Shown piece by piece: positions 37,001-49,171 of a stretch of 64,000 nt of DNA; the first letter of the stretch is position 1, and every line of letters starts with the position of its first letter. Source of the DNA: Trichosphaerium sp. ATCC 40318. Lineage: Eukaryota > Protista > Tubulinea. Position numbers and translations under genes: made by a program. The notes under the pieces were generated by a model. The model was not told where the DNA came from, ran no database searches, and was given only the letters and a program-made list of their open reading frames with translations. The stretch spans positions 62,001 to 126,000 of the forward strand of contig JALMLS010000507.1 of assembly GCA_038496445.1 (NCBI GenBank). The letters run 5' to 3'.

Positions 37001-39511
37001 TTAAAACACTTGAACATCTTGTATTGGTGACATGGGTTTATCTATGAAAGTTAGTGTTTCTGTGATATGGAAAAAAAAATACTTCACCTATTAAGCCAGA
37101 ATTTTCGCCATCATGTGCTTTCATTGGTTTACCGATTTTTTTAATATTCAAGATTAAATCAGGTTCATAATATTGAATTGTTCCTGCAAGTGAAGCAAGA
37201 TCTCCGTTCCACCTATGTGCTTGTTAACACAATTGCAAAAAAAAAAGTTAAAAGTAAAACTTGGTAATATTGTTTCTCGTGTGATAGTCAGTTTAAAGAA
37301 TAAATTTTGTTGTACCAATACGGAATAGATATCAAGGAAACGCCTAAATAAAATAAAGGTAAGCTCAATCATCAAATAATCTCATAAACATAAAAATACA
37401 AATAACTCAAAAGAGCCTGTCAGTACCTGCTTTTTTGCAAAATTCTGCTTTTGTTAGGTCACGTGCTTTGAGCACATTCGAAGCCAAAACATTAGGTATA
37501 GCATCTCTGTAATGTTGCTCGCCTTTTCACAGCTTGTTAAAACCACAAAAATTGTTAGGTGTTGAAAGGTAGAGGTACCTTGATACTCAAAAGCAAGATT
37601 GTGTTCTGTAACAAATATATCAACTGTGACTGGCTCTCTATCATTAGAATCAATTACATGTTCCTCTTTAACAGTGCATTCCGGTAATAAGTAACGAATG
37701 GATACCAACAAGTGCCTAGAGGATAAGTGATTTGAGTAAATAGTTTAACTTTTTTTTCTCGGTTTACCTTTGTGATGTTTTTCTTGTCATTGCTGGGTGT
37801 GCCTTCCAGTTCCATTTAAAATTAGGATACATTATTTGCAAAGCACTAGAAAATTGTCTATAAAAACCGCCTCCACCCATCTTCTCAAACTCTTTGTAGG
37901 CAAAGCGATACCTGAGCGAAAGTTAAAATACACTTTGTAAAATCTAAAAAAATAACCCAATCACTCAATTGTCATTACCAATTCTCTGGGTTTTTAACAG
38001 CATGCGTAGCAGCAATACGTTTTAGAAACTCTATTTGATTTGAAGATTTTTGCCAAAACCCTAGGGGGAATCTTTGAGGTTGCCTATTTAAAGAAGTGTT
38101 TAGATAATAAAACTCTTGTAAGACATGACTTTAATGTTCGCTCTACGTACACAAAATTCCAGACATGCCCAGGATATATAGCTGACATCATTGCATTAAT
38201 ATCAAGCTTGTATCTATAGAACAAGTTAGACATAATCAATGGGTGGTGTATTTTTTTGAAGGAGGTAATAAGTTGGGGTTGTTGTGTTGGTTCATAGAAT
38301 ATCGTACTTATAAAGTATAGAAGGACATCTACTATAAAAAACTTCTTTTTTTACATTATGCCATTGACTTATTGTTTTGAGGTTTAACTCCATTGCAATT
38401 TCATTAAATTTCTTGCGTTGGTTTGAGACACTTTCCCACATTCCTCTCTGAGTGTGCCTTGAGTTAAAATCAAAAAAACTGTAAAAAAAAACCCGCGTGT
38501 TGACTCGGTTTGTTTGACATTTAGCGTACTCACAGTAGCACTTACTTGAATTTAATGTCATCCCATTGATAATTAGGATATAATACCTTCAGGAGTGTTG
38601 GTAATGAATCTCCATATCTACAGCAAAAGAAAATTAGAAACACGAACGTTCAGGAAAATTAGAAATAATCTGCTGAAAAAACATTACGCACAGCTTGAGC
38701 ACCGAGCGTCCACCATGCTTATAAACAAGTTCAAAATGCACATTATACCATGCACAAAACGTCTTTATACCCATACTTTCAGCAACAATATTAAAGAGAC
38801 CTCTTTGATTCTCAACACTCTCCCACGTGTGTTGTTGAACAAACCTAAAAATAAAGTTACAAAAATACCACATTGCTTATTAAAAAAGACACGTGATTCT
38901 AATTCACCTGAATTTTAAAGTGTTCCACTTATGTTTTGAATATACTGTCTGTAACGCTTGGATTGTAGAGTCATTATACCTAAAGAACCACAATAAGAAA
39001 AAAAAGAGAAAAGAGAAAAATCAGCAACACAAAGTTGACATAGCATTACCTAGCTATTAGAGCTCTACCACCTAGATCCATTATGTCTCTATGCTTGATA
39101 CTGTACCAGTCATCAAGAACCTTGAGTTGCAAATGCTTGCCAACAGCATTAAAAAAAAGGCGATGATTGCTTACACTGTTCCAATAGTTCTTAGGTGCAC
39201 GACTAAAAAGAGTTACTACTGATGTTTTAACTGCTATGACGTACAACATGTGCGCATGTCTGAGCGTATTACTGCTTGTATGTAGTTGCCTAGATACATG
39301 TGAGTGTTTATAAGAAGGTTGGAACGCACTGTCGAGTGTCATGTCGCCGTATTGACGAATTTACATCTGCCACACTCACATTGCGCCAATCATCAAGAAT
39401 CTTAGCTCCAAGAAGTACAGCGAGGTCGTTAAAGCGGTTTGTTGATTGTTCAACGGTATATTTTGTTTTATTTAGCTTATAAGCGCTGTTTATACACTGT
39501 TGCGCGCGCAT
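37001..39511 (-). CDS. Tandem ~65-aa helical-repeat protein with C-terminal PD-(D/E)XK-like (DUF559/Vsr/RAP-like) endonuclease
   Basis: Four clear repeats plus one degenerate, consensus WxxxxNQRxxFxxIAxxLxxxxxxxWYxVxxxxxxxxGGxxLxxxYxxSxxxxLxxxYPxxxW. Then TVDIFVTEHNLAFEYQGEQHY...RDLTKAEFCKKAGVSLISIPYWWNGDLASLAGTI. Start codon uncertain. Confidence 0.8.
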
Positions 39512-39654
39512 ATCACAAACTGGGCGTCAACTGCGCAACAAATGTTAATACTTATGTAAGATGGCTGCCAATACAGCACGTACTCTATAAGAAGCCATAG
39601 CGGCAGAAAACGGGCTCATTTGGCTTAGCACGCCTTAATTTGAACCACCAACAC

Positions 39655-40851
39655 ATGTCAAGAGCAACAAAGCCTAGAAAAGGCGGCGCTAAAGTTAAAA
39701 CTGCGTCAGTTGACCTCCAGAGTATAATTGCTACTGCCAAGAAGGAAAAAGCAGCTAAAGCTGAAAAGGAACGCCAAGAAATAGAACGGAGGAAACGTGC
39801 TGTTAATAAAACGAAGGCTGCCACAAAATGTAACGAAGCAAAGCTGTCGTTAAAAGAATTAATGAAAGAGAGTGCTCAAGAGAAGGAAGCAAACGCACAA
39901 AAGAAGGCAGAAGCACAAGCAGCGCCTGTAGAAGCGAAAGTATCTCTAAAAGCTCTAATGGTGGCCGAAGTAACCGAACAGCCTCCCGAGAATGATAGCG
40001 GTGCGATAGACGACGATAAACGACAATACGGACTGTAATCTAACCAAATACAGATAGTGATGAGTGGGAGCATCAAGACGATCAAATAGAAGCTCTACGC
40101 AAGCAAATAAAGGATGTCAAAGTAACTGAGAAGCGACAAAAGCTTCAACAAGATGATAAAGAATACAATCCAGCACAGTACATGAAATCAGACTCTAGCT
40201 ATACACAACAAACAGACGCTTATGGCTATGTTCGTGAAGCGGTATTCCCACCTAGATTGGACCGCATGGACATTGACAGGCACGGCCACAATTGAAACTA
40301 TTTTCGGCAATGTTTTCCCTCTTTCACAGAATGCCATGCTCTATTGTTCTTAACTGACTGAATTTTTGTTAGAATTCTTAAAGTTAACGCTTTTAATATG
40401 ATATGGGTTGATGAAGGGCATGCATTAATAGCGTTTGAATCAATACGTGTTGGTACAAATGACATGATTTATTCATATGTTTTTTTTGCATGTTTTAATG
40501 TTTTTAAATAGCCACTGATGAGCAAGATCGTTTAACAGTAGCTCAATCTCCTTTACAACTAAGAAGGTTAGAAGATGCTTCAGAATTATCAAAACAAGAA
40601 TGGGAAGCAAAGTACGTGAGCTTGGAACTTTTAGTTTAAGAGAAAAGTTTCGTTTTTTTGTCATGTAATATCATCAACGTTTTTACTCATTTCATAGACG
40701 AGATACGCTTCAACAGCCTAGGGCTAGACCAAAGAAAACTGCAGTCGTTGCGCATCGTCTTATTGCAGGTCATCTAGGTCAAAGAAACGTAAAGACTGGT
40801 AATCTTATTAAAAAAGAGATTGAGTTTGAGAGGCTTCAAGGACAATACTAG
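39655..40851 (+). CDS. R3HCC1/R3HCC1L-like coiled-coil plus RRM protein
   Basis: Charged N-terminus, then FNMIWVDEGHALIAF and RPKKTAVVAHRLIAGHLG, matching the R3HCC1-type RRM C-terminal signature. Confidence 0.7.
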
Positions 40852-42156
40852 TTTGATTTTAAATGAATATTCACAGTGCTCTTCTCATGACTATTATATA
40901 CCTGAACTTTTGTGTAAGAATTTATGTAATGATGTGGCGTGCGTTCTAAAGACAGTCTAAATGGTGCAGATTGTTTGCAGATTGGAACAAGAAAATTTTT
41001 CTTTATGTTCATGCTATTTCATGCACATCATCCGAGTTTGTTACAAGGAATGCCTAAAACTACATTGTACAAAATAAATAACCATATCCTACGAAACTCT
41101 GCACAGTTCTCAGGTTGCACCAGAATTAATTGCGAATAAGTCAAAAGCGTACTAGCAGATATTATTTGTGACAACAAAGCTCTGTGTTTTTTCGTTTATT
41201 ATTTTTAAACATACGCACATGGAGGAAAAATCTTGATAAGTTCACTATTGATTTGAGCCCATACATTACATTCTATCCTCAAGGATTTACTTTGAATGTG
41301 AAGGCTTATAGAATATGTACACGTTGCCAAACAAAAAGACACTGACGAGGTATTAAACATTCTACTATTGAGAGATGAGAAAAGTAGTTAAGCACTTACG
41401 TGAAATAAATTGGTTATGTCACGTTTTTGTGAACATTTATTTTCTGGAACTGAACATTTGACATCTTGAATTAACGAAGTGGTTGTGTTTACGCCAGCAT
41501 GGCTTCTATTTACTACAACACTGTAAGTATTATTTCTTCTACTACAGGAGAAAATACCACAGCTACCATATCACAAACTCGTACAAAATTTTGTTAATTG
41601 AAAATAAAAATTATTGTACCTCCATGTGTCACTTCATACTTTTTGATTTATTTTTAAAACACAATGTACGCTAGATGTTATAATATATGGTATTTTCAAC
41701 AATAAAATACTGCAGGAAGAGAGTAAAGCAAACAAAACCTTTTGTTCGAAAGCCTGTTCGAAAATTTACTCTTACATTTTGTAACATTGTTTTCTTGCGT
41801 TTGAGATGTGTTTTTCATACAAATTTGTTCGAAAAGATGTGTAAGGTAGACACTATACACAACATTTTCGAACGAATATAGATAACCCGGCGTTAATAGT
41901 TTTTGCCTAAACGAGGCCTCTGAGTTAAGCTAAAAGAAAGCAGGAAACAACATTTGCACCAACGGGTTTTTAGTCCACAGAACAAGTCAGCTAGTGGTGT
42001 GACGAACCTACGTAACAAACTGAAATCAGAGAACGAGAATAAAAACTTGAGCCTGTAGATAACGGAGAAAATGAATCAAAAAACGGAGACAAAGTGACAC
42101 CAATCTTGGACAGATACACCATTTTTTTTACAATTAAAAGGCGTTAACAACAGCAC

Positions 42157-43355
42157 ATGGACGATGCTCTCTTCAGGTTAGATAGATACAAACAATCTCG
42201 TGTGAGATACTTCTAACTTAACTTTTAGTATCTTTATTGAACTTACGTATACTGCTATATGCGCTTGTGAGAGCGTTTGTACTCAATGGAAAGGTGTTGC
42301 CAACAAACCTTACTTGTGGAACATAGTTCGGAACAAAGTCAGTACAAACTCCTTATAATTGTACAAGGTATTTATTGACGTCTGTACATAGTTGTGGGAA
42401 GGAAAATACGTCAGCAACAGAATACGAGCATTGTGTAACCCAAAAACAGCTCTGAAGGAGAGCATACGCGATGCCAAGCGTACATTTATCACTATAGATG
42501 AGTTATGCGGGTTTACGTGGAGCTTTCGCTTCAAAGGTACAGCAGGTGTTGCTTGGACAATACAAGACCCCTGGTGGCAAGGTCAAACAGCTTTAAAGTT
42601 TAAATTTTTAAAAGAAGGTACGCATGGGTGTCAGTAGCGAACATAAGCGTACAAGTTTTTCTAATACGAAGAATAGGTAGTATTGAACTCGTTGGGAATA
42701 ATAAAAAATTGAACCAAGGCAACTGTAAGGAAAAAAAATACAAACAAAAAAAAAGTCTCAATTTTCGGGGTTTTTGAGTCTCAATATCACGTGTCAACAA
42801 AATATTTTTTTTGTATAAATGAGTGCTGTGGGTTTTATAATTTATTGGCCCTGTAGCGCAAAAACGGTGGCGTTTTGGCGAAGACGCAGTGCAAGGTAAC
42901 AATCGTTCGACTATGTGAACTGTTTGTAATTCTCCGCTAGGATCTATTGTTAGACTTGGACAATACCCATCATATCACTTCAGTCGTAATCCTGACACTT
43001 GGGCGTTTATTATGGAGAACTGTTGGGACCTGTGGTATTCAGAACCTCTCAAAAAAAGAAACATGTCGAAATCAATTGTTGAGTTGTCAGAAGAAGATGC
43101 TGCACTCAGTATTAGTGTCAAAGACCAGATGTACGTTTATTCTAGGAGAGACATATATGATTATTAACATAGTTTGTAACAGGTCTGAAGTGATGAGTTA
43201 TAACAACAGTGAGTACCGCCCAAAAAGACATGACTAGTTGAATTTCTATTGACTTTTTTGTTTTAGATATCGACGCATTAGACGTTATGGAGATCGTAGA
43301 TTACAGAGATTTACTAGACAACATTGATGTGGATATGATGTTAATAGATTTTTAA
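42157..43355 (+). CDS. F-box-like protein with conserved WSFRFK..AG..W..DPWW domain (paralog A)
   Basis: IFIEL..ICACESVCTQW..LW, ITIDELCGFTWSFRFKGTAGVAWTIQDPWW, YPSYHFSRNPDTWAFIMENCW. Confidence 0.8.
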
Positions 43356-43712
43356 ACCGACAGTCAGAATTTTTAGCTACTGAGCTTGTATAAATAACAC
43401 ATGTACTGACTCCAAATATAAATCCTACAACATCATTCACCTTAATTCACAACCGGGAATTGATGTCTGATAAACGTTGCAACTTTGAGAAACAAGAAAT
43501 CGAGATGAACAGTCTACAAATGATAGTAAATGAGCTTGTAATCTCTTTTGGAATATTTAAAACTCAATTAATTGTCTAAGTTTATCACTTACTTGTACTC
43601 TCTCAGCTCTTATATTCATTAAAAGACATGCGACGGGGCAAGTAAGAGCGACTTAGACCTAAGATAAAACACGTGAACTTAACCACGGTTTCGCTTTTTG
43701 AAACAGCATAAC

Positions 43713-44750
43713 ATGGAAACTACTGTGGAAACACCACTGATTAACTCTCAATTAATACAAACTAAGTACATTGAAGAGGAAACTACAAACAGTCCGTTTG
43801 ATACACTTCCAGATGAAGCGTTTCTGTTGGTGTTACAACACTTGAATTTAGATAGTAGTTTCAAAGCACGTGTCGTATCTACCCATTGGCAATATTGTAC
43901 TGAAGACCCGACCGTATGGAATAAATGGCACCACGAAACGCTAGAGATGGTACGACAGCGTAAGAAAAAAGAAAAAGAAGCAGTAATAGCAGAGAAATGG
44001 TTTAAACTTGGTAAAAGCATGCAAAAAAATTGTGTAGTAATGCAACTTAGGCTATGTATGTACGTCATTTGTAGACTATATTAGAGCGGTTATTAAAAGC
44101 AATATAGGATTATTGCAAGCGCTATAGAGTTCGGTCTAGGATGGCTTTATGACACTGATATATCATGTGATAACGATGCAGGTACTGGAGCTTTTCAAAC
44201 CAATACAGTTCTATCACAGTGACCTCTGGCACATTTCTATAGTTACGCATACACCAGCTGTCTATTTCTCAGTTTGTTACAACAAGTAATGTTGACATGT
44301 GAAGTCTAAGTATCAAAATTCATGTACTTGACGATTGATACTCTTGATAAGTTGAGTTACTTATAGAAACTCCAGAGGTTGCTGTGTTTGTTTTACAAGT
44401 GATGATTTAACTTTTTTTCAGTCATTGGTATACACAAATGGCTTATATATGATGGTTCATTCACGTTCATAAGTACACTCTTTATGCAACTTGGACTTAT
44501 ATTATTATTGCCTTATATGGGTAGAACCAGAAGGAATTTTTTACTTGTTGTTGGTTTTCCTAGTATTCTCTTTGGTTTTGCATCTTTTGGTCTTCTTGTG
44601 TTAGGTGCTATCATAATCTCACAAACAACTTCATGTTTATATGTGGCAAAAAGTTGGTTTGCTTTCATAGCTATGAGTATAACTAAATGGATACTGGCCA
44701 TAAGTTACTTCATTTCAGTACCTCTGTATTGTACTGTATACAAAAATTGA
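43713..44750 (+). CDS. F-box protein with multiple C-terminal transmembrane helices
   Basis: FDTLPDEAFLLVLQHL..ARVVSTHW..DPTVW, followed by several hydrophobic segments. Confidence 0.75.
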
Positions 44751-45111
44751 ATAAAATAGTTATGTTGCAGCGTTTCTGTGAAAAATTGATTGACCTTTTA
44801 ATAACTTTGAAGTGTTTGTTTTCTTATCAAAGATACGCAGTAGCACAAGAAAATAAATATTTTCATAAAACTTCCTGGATAAAATATAACTGGTATTATT
44901 GCGTTGCAGATTGGTAGGTATCATGGTTTGAGAACAACATAAGTTTCTGATAGAATAATCCGCTGGATACTTTGATAGAAGACAGCACTGCAAGTAGCAT
45001 GATACATGAACAACTGTAACATCTAAATGGCGAAGAAACGCATGACGACTGTTAACAGCGGCGTCTGAAATAGGGTTTTTTTTTAATAACTACAATACTA
45101 GGTTTATCAGA

Positions 45112-46387
45112 TTACATCATATCGTCCACTGCCTTTATGATTGCATCTGTTCCATCTTCGTCTTCATGTATTTCATCCATTGGCACTGCGTCTAGGTCAT
45201 CTTCTAGTTCCATATTTGCTTCTACTTGGTATACCTGTACGTCATCATCATCCACAGGAAGTCCTACAATAACATATCAATATTTGGGATCATTGCGAGC
45301 TCTAGTTACCGTAATTATAAGCCATGACTTCTGTCCTTTATAGCAAGAGTATCAGTAGTGTTAATATAATTTAGGATGGAGTAAACGTACAATTGATCTT
45401 CAACACTAACTCCAAATTTAGCATCTTCTTCTGATATTTCGAAAAATGATTTTGACAAGTCACGTTTTTTGAAAGGTTCTGAAGACCACATAACCCAACA
45501 ACTTTGAAAGATAAAATGCCAAGTAATAGGATTACGACCACAATGATAGGATGGGTATGCATTGACTTGAATTATAGATCCTAGTAACAAAGACTGAGTC
45601 AAAAAAGTTGAAATCCTCTTTTTTGAGTTTACCTTGTGGACAACGTGTGCCTGTTACAAAACGCCAACGTCTTTCCGCTAACAGAAGTTTTAAATGACTA
45701 ACGAGTAGCAATGATTAAATTGACTTACTGGTACCCATATTACGCATAGCGTCGGTCTTATCAGTGCGTTCAATACCACCTAAAACGAACTTCAGTACAA
45801 ATCGCAACCTATTTTGCCATCAAATAGAAGTTTGACACAAACGAATTACGTGTTGCTCTCCAAAAATGAAAAATAAAGGCAGTATTGCTCGCTATCACGT
45901 GATCTTCATGCGTACCGTCTTTTTTGAATTTAAACGTCAAAGCTGTTTGGCCTTGCCACCAGGGATCTTGGCGTGTCCAAGCAACACCTGCTGTGCCTTT
46001 GAAGCGAAAACTCCACTCAAACCTACATAACTCATCTAGAGTGATATATGTACGCTTGGCATCGCATATGCTCTCCTTCAGAGCTGTTTTTGGGTTAGAT
46101 ATTGCCCGTACTTTTTCGTTAACGTATTTCCCTTCCCAAATCTAATGCACTCAGTTAGTAACTATGTGTTAATGCAAAGGGCGAAAAGTTTGTCCGGCTT
46201 GTACTGACTTGATCACGAATAATCGCCCACAGGTACTGTCCGGAAGCAACGGTTTTCCATTGAGTACATACGCTCTCACAAGCGCATATAGAAGGATATG
46301 GAAGATTTTTAAAGATACTAAAGTGAAATTAGAGGTAAACTAGCTCTTAAATGACATAGTATCGAACCTGAAGAGTATGTCGTTCAT
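45112..46387 (-). CDS. F-box-like protein, paralog B (inverted duplicate of 42157-43355)
   Basis: Same exon structure as paralog A. ICACESVCTQW, NPKTALKESICDAKRTYITLDELCRFEWSFRFKGTAGVAWTRQDPWWQGQTAL, YPSYHCGRNPITWHFIFQSCW. Confidence 0.82.
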
Positions 46388-46782
46388 GTGTTGTTGTTAA
46401 CGAGCAGTTATCAGCCTCCAAGCGATCTTAGCGCAGTGTTAAGTAAACACCGAATTCGTGCTCAAACCAAAACGAAAACATGGTGCAAACCTTACAACAG
46501 ATAAACTAGGAGCTAGTTGTAGTGTAGCACCACCACTGGAGAACGTGAGAATCAAGTAGCTCTGACAAGTTAAGTGGTTGAGCTGTTGTACGGTACAGCG
46601 TTCTTGCGTCAATTAGTTTTCGAGCACTGTGTTTCGACAATAGTTCATAGTGTAGCGCCTCGAGGTTTTCATCTCATCCAGTGTTTCAGCAAAGGTCATT
46701 TCTCAATCACAAAAAAATAAAGTTGGTTTTTTTGTTAAGTTCGTGTTCACATAATAATATTTCGGATCACGTGAAGCAATAG

Positions 46783-47548
46783 ATGGAAACGCCATACGCA
46801 CAGCAGCCTTACGCGCATCCCGGACAGCCAGTACAATATCCTCAACAAGGCTACGCTCCCCAACAAGGCTATGCCCCGCCTCAACAGGTGTACACTCCAC
46901 CTCCACAGCAAACTGTTGTAACGAATACACAAGCCCATGTCGTTCAAGGACAACCAGTGATGGCCCCACCACCGCAACAGCAACACGTTGTTGTCACACA
47001 ACCAGCACAGAATACTGTGGTGATGTACGAGACTCATCAAAGCCAAACACACAAAGTTTTTGTTAAATACCCAAACAACCTAATTTTTGAGGAATACAAT
47101 TTCTTCTACGTAGAATTCGCTTTATTTGTACTGCTGTTTTATACTTGCGTTAATGATGAAACGTTAAAGCTTATTTTGGTTTTTAGTCACCATACTAAGA
47201 GTAATGGCAATGAGGCTGGTATTGCGTGGTGTTTGTACGTCGAAAATCAATTAAACGATTACAATCTTATTAGTCTTTTAGATTCATTGCTGGATTCTTT
47301 GTGGCTATCACGTGGTGTATTGGTGCTTACTTCGTCGTTTCTAAAGACCCTGGTGCAAGGTGCGCTTTTTAATACATTCTTGATTTTTAACACGTGCACC
47401 AAACGTCATCGCTTGCAAAGTTATATCAGTGTCCATAAATGCTTATTTTAACCGAACTTTTAGAGTCGCTGGTATATTGAACCTCGTCTTTGCAATCCTT
47501 ACTGCAATCTTCATTGTTATCATAATAATAGCCATCATAGCACTTTAA
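46783..47548 (+). CDS. Pro/Gln/Tyr-rich N-terminus with C-terminal membrane domain
   Basis: YPQQGYAPQQGYAPP repeats. Spliced C-terminus GIAWCLFIAGFFVAITWCIGAYFVVSKDPGARVAGILNLVFAILTAIFIVIIIIAIIAL. Confidence 0.75.
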
Positions 47549-47983
47549 TAAACATTCGAAAAAAGAAAAGAAACCGTTAGGAAGTACAAAAAAGACAAAA
47601 GAAAAGCACTTGTAGAAAGTTTAGAAGATAATAAAATGCTTGTTTGTGGAGAAATTAGAATGCAATGACCCATGACGTGGTTAACGGTAGTTACAAATGG
47701 AATCCACGACTAGAAAGGTCATATTTTTTGTTCAATCCAAAACATAGGCTGGCAATGAAAAGGAAAAGTTGATTAAAACTTTCTGAACGTGAGCAGTTCC
47801 TCTTTCGATTATACTTAAAAGCTCCGCACATGGTAGAAAAAGTGCTCATTGTTGAGTTCAGCATGTGGCTGAATAAGGAAGTAACACCTGCCTTAGTTCC
47901 TGTTCGAACTTCAAAAAAAGTTGTTTTTTTATTTTTGTTTTTTTTACAATTATAATCTATGTACACGTATTATCATCTCAACT

Positions 47984-49048
47984 CTACTCCCATTCTGATG
48001 CTGGCAGCTTTTGTGGTGGTCTAGCACCTAAAATCTCCGCCAAGTGTACGAGTAAACTAAGTTGTTTGAGAACAAAGGCGATTGAAAATTACTTACCCAT
48101 CAACACCCTCTCCTGTTAGAGCGGATACCTCAGTAAACGCTGTACCCTTTAGAGTCACAAAGTGCTTTTGACCTTCCGCGGTGGTGATTGCTCTATCATC
48201 TACTCTATCGACCTTATTTGCGCATACAATGAAGCGACACTCGGTATTGTTCTTAGCTTGAAGCTCGTTTAACCAAAAATCAACTTTCTGAACAATGTTA
48301 GATTTAAGATTTTGTATTGCGCGCTCGAGTCAGTTCTCTCTTACCTCTAGTGTTTCTGCTCTGGTGACATCGTATACGAGTATGGCAAGATCTGCGTCTC
48401 TAGTGTATTATGGTTAGAGCACGAGAAGCATGCTATGACGTGGGAACGAGTAAAATTATTTGAAAAGTTTTAAAGTGGAATTGTAACAAAAGGATGCGCT
48501 ACAGGCGCTAGCAAGTGATCGAAAGAGTTTTATAAGGTGTACCTGTAGTAGATAGGCATTATAGCAGAAAATCGCTCAGAACCTTGGATATTTTGTTAGA
48601 TGCATCAAAATCGTACATTCTACGCACCAGCTGTGTCCCTGGTAATATGATTAGCTAATGGTACAAAAATTAAATAACTTACCAGATGTCTACGTTTATT
48701 TGCTTTCCTTCCTCTGTGACAAGGGTTTTTGTCATGTACGCGGCTCCAACTGTTGGTTCCTCGTCTTGGTAATTTGAGAACGTGTTTCGACATTTGAATG
48801 GGTCGTACCTTCATCAAACGTATTTTTTGTTATGCGCATGCCAAGCTACAAACGAGTTAGATGTTTCTTGAGGATAAGTTCGTTAATGTACGCTAGATTT
48901 GCCTAAACGATGTAAGGATACATTTTAAACGTTATGTTGACGTACCCACGGCCATCGCGCCAAGTAAAACGACTTTGTAATTTGCCGACTTTTCTGAAGC
49001 CAGTGGCTTTGCTGTAGGCGCAGCACCGTAGCAGCAGTAAGAACTCAT
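47984..49048 (-). CDS. Rab5/Rab24-related small GTPase lacking C-terminal prenylation cysteines
   Basis: YKVVLLGAMAVGKSS, PTVGAAY, IWDTAGSERF, YYRDA, LVYDVT, ANKVD, EVSA. N-terminus MSSYCCYG; ends ...KLPASEWE-stop. Confidence 0.9.
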
Positions 49049-49171
49049 GTTGTAATAATAATTTGTTTACTTGAATTCCATTGAAATTGGTCCTTTGGGA
49101 CTAAATTATTTTGTTAGTATGTTGTACAGCAAGCAGACAACTTCAACGAACTTATAACCTCTAATTCAAGC

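Noticed and set aside
48728-48810. Insertion in the Rab switch I region
   Set aside because: It is an intron (GTACGA...ACCAAG); splicing restores DEDEEPTVGAAY.
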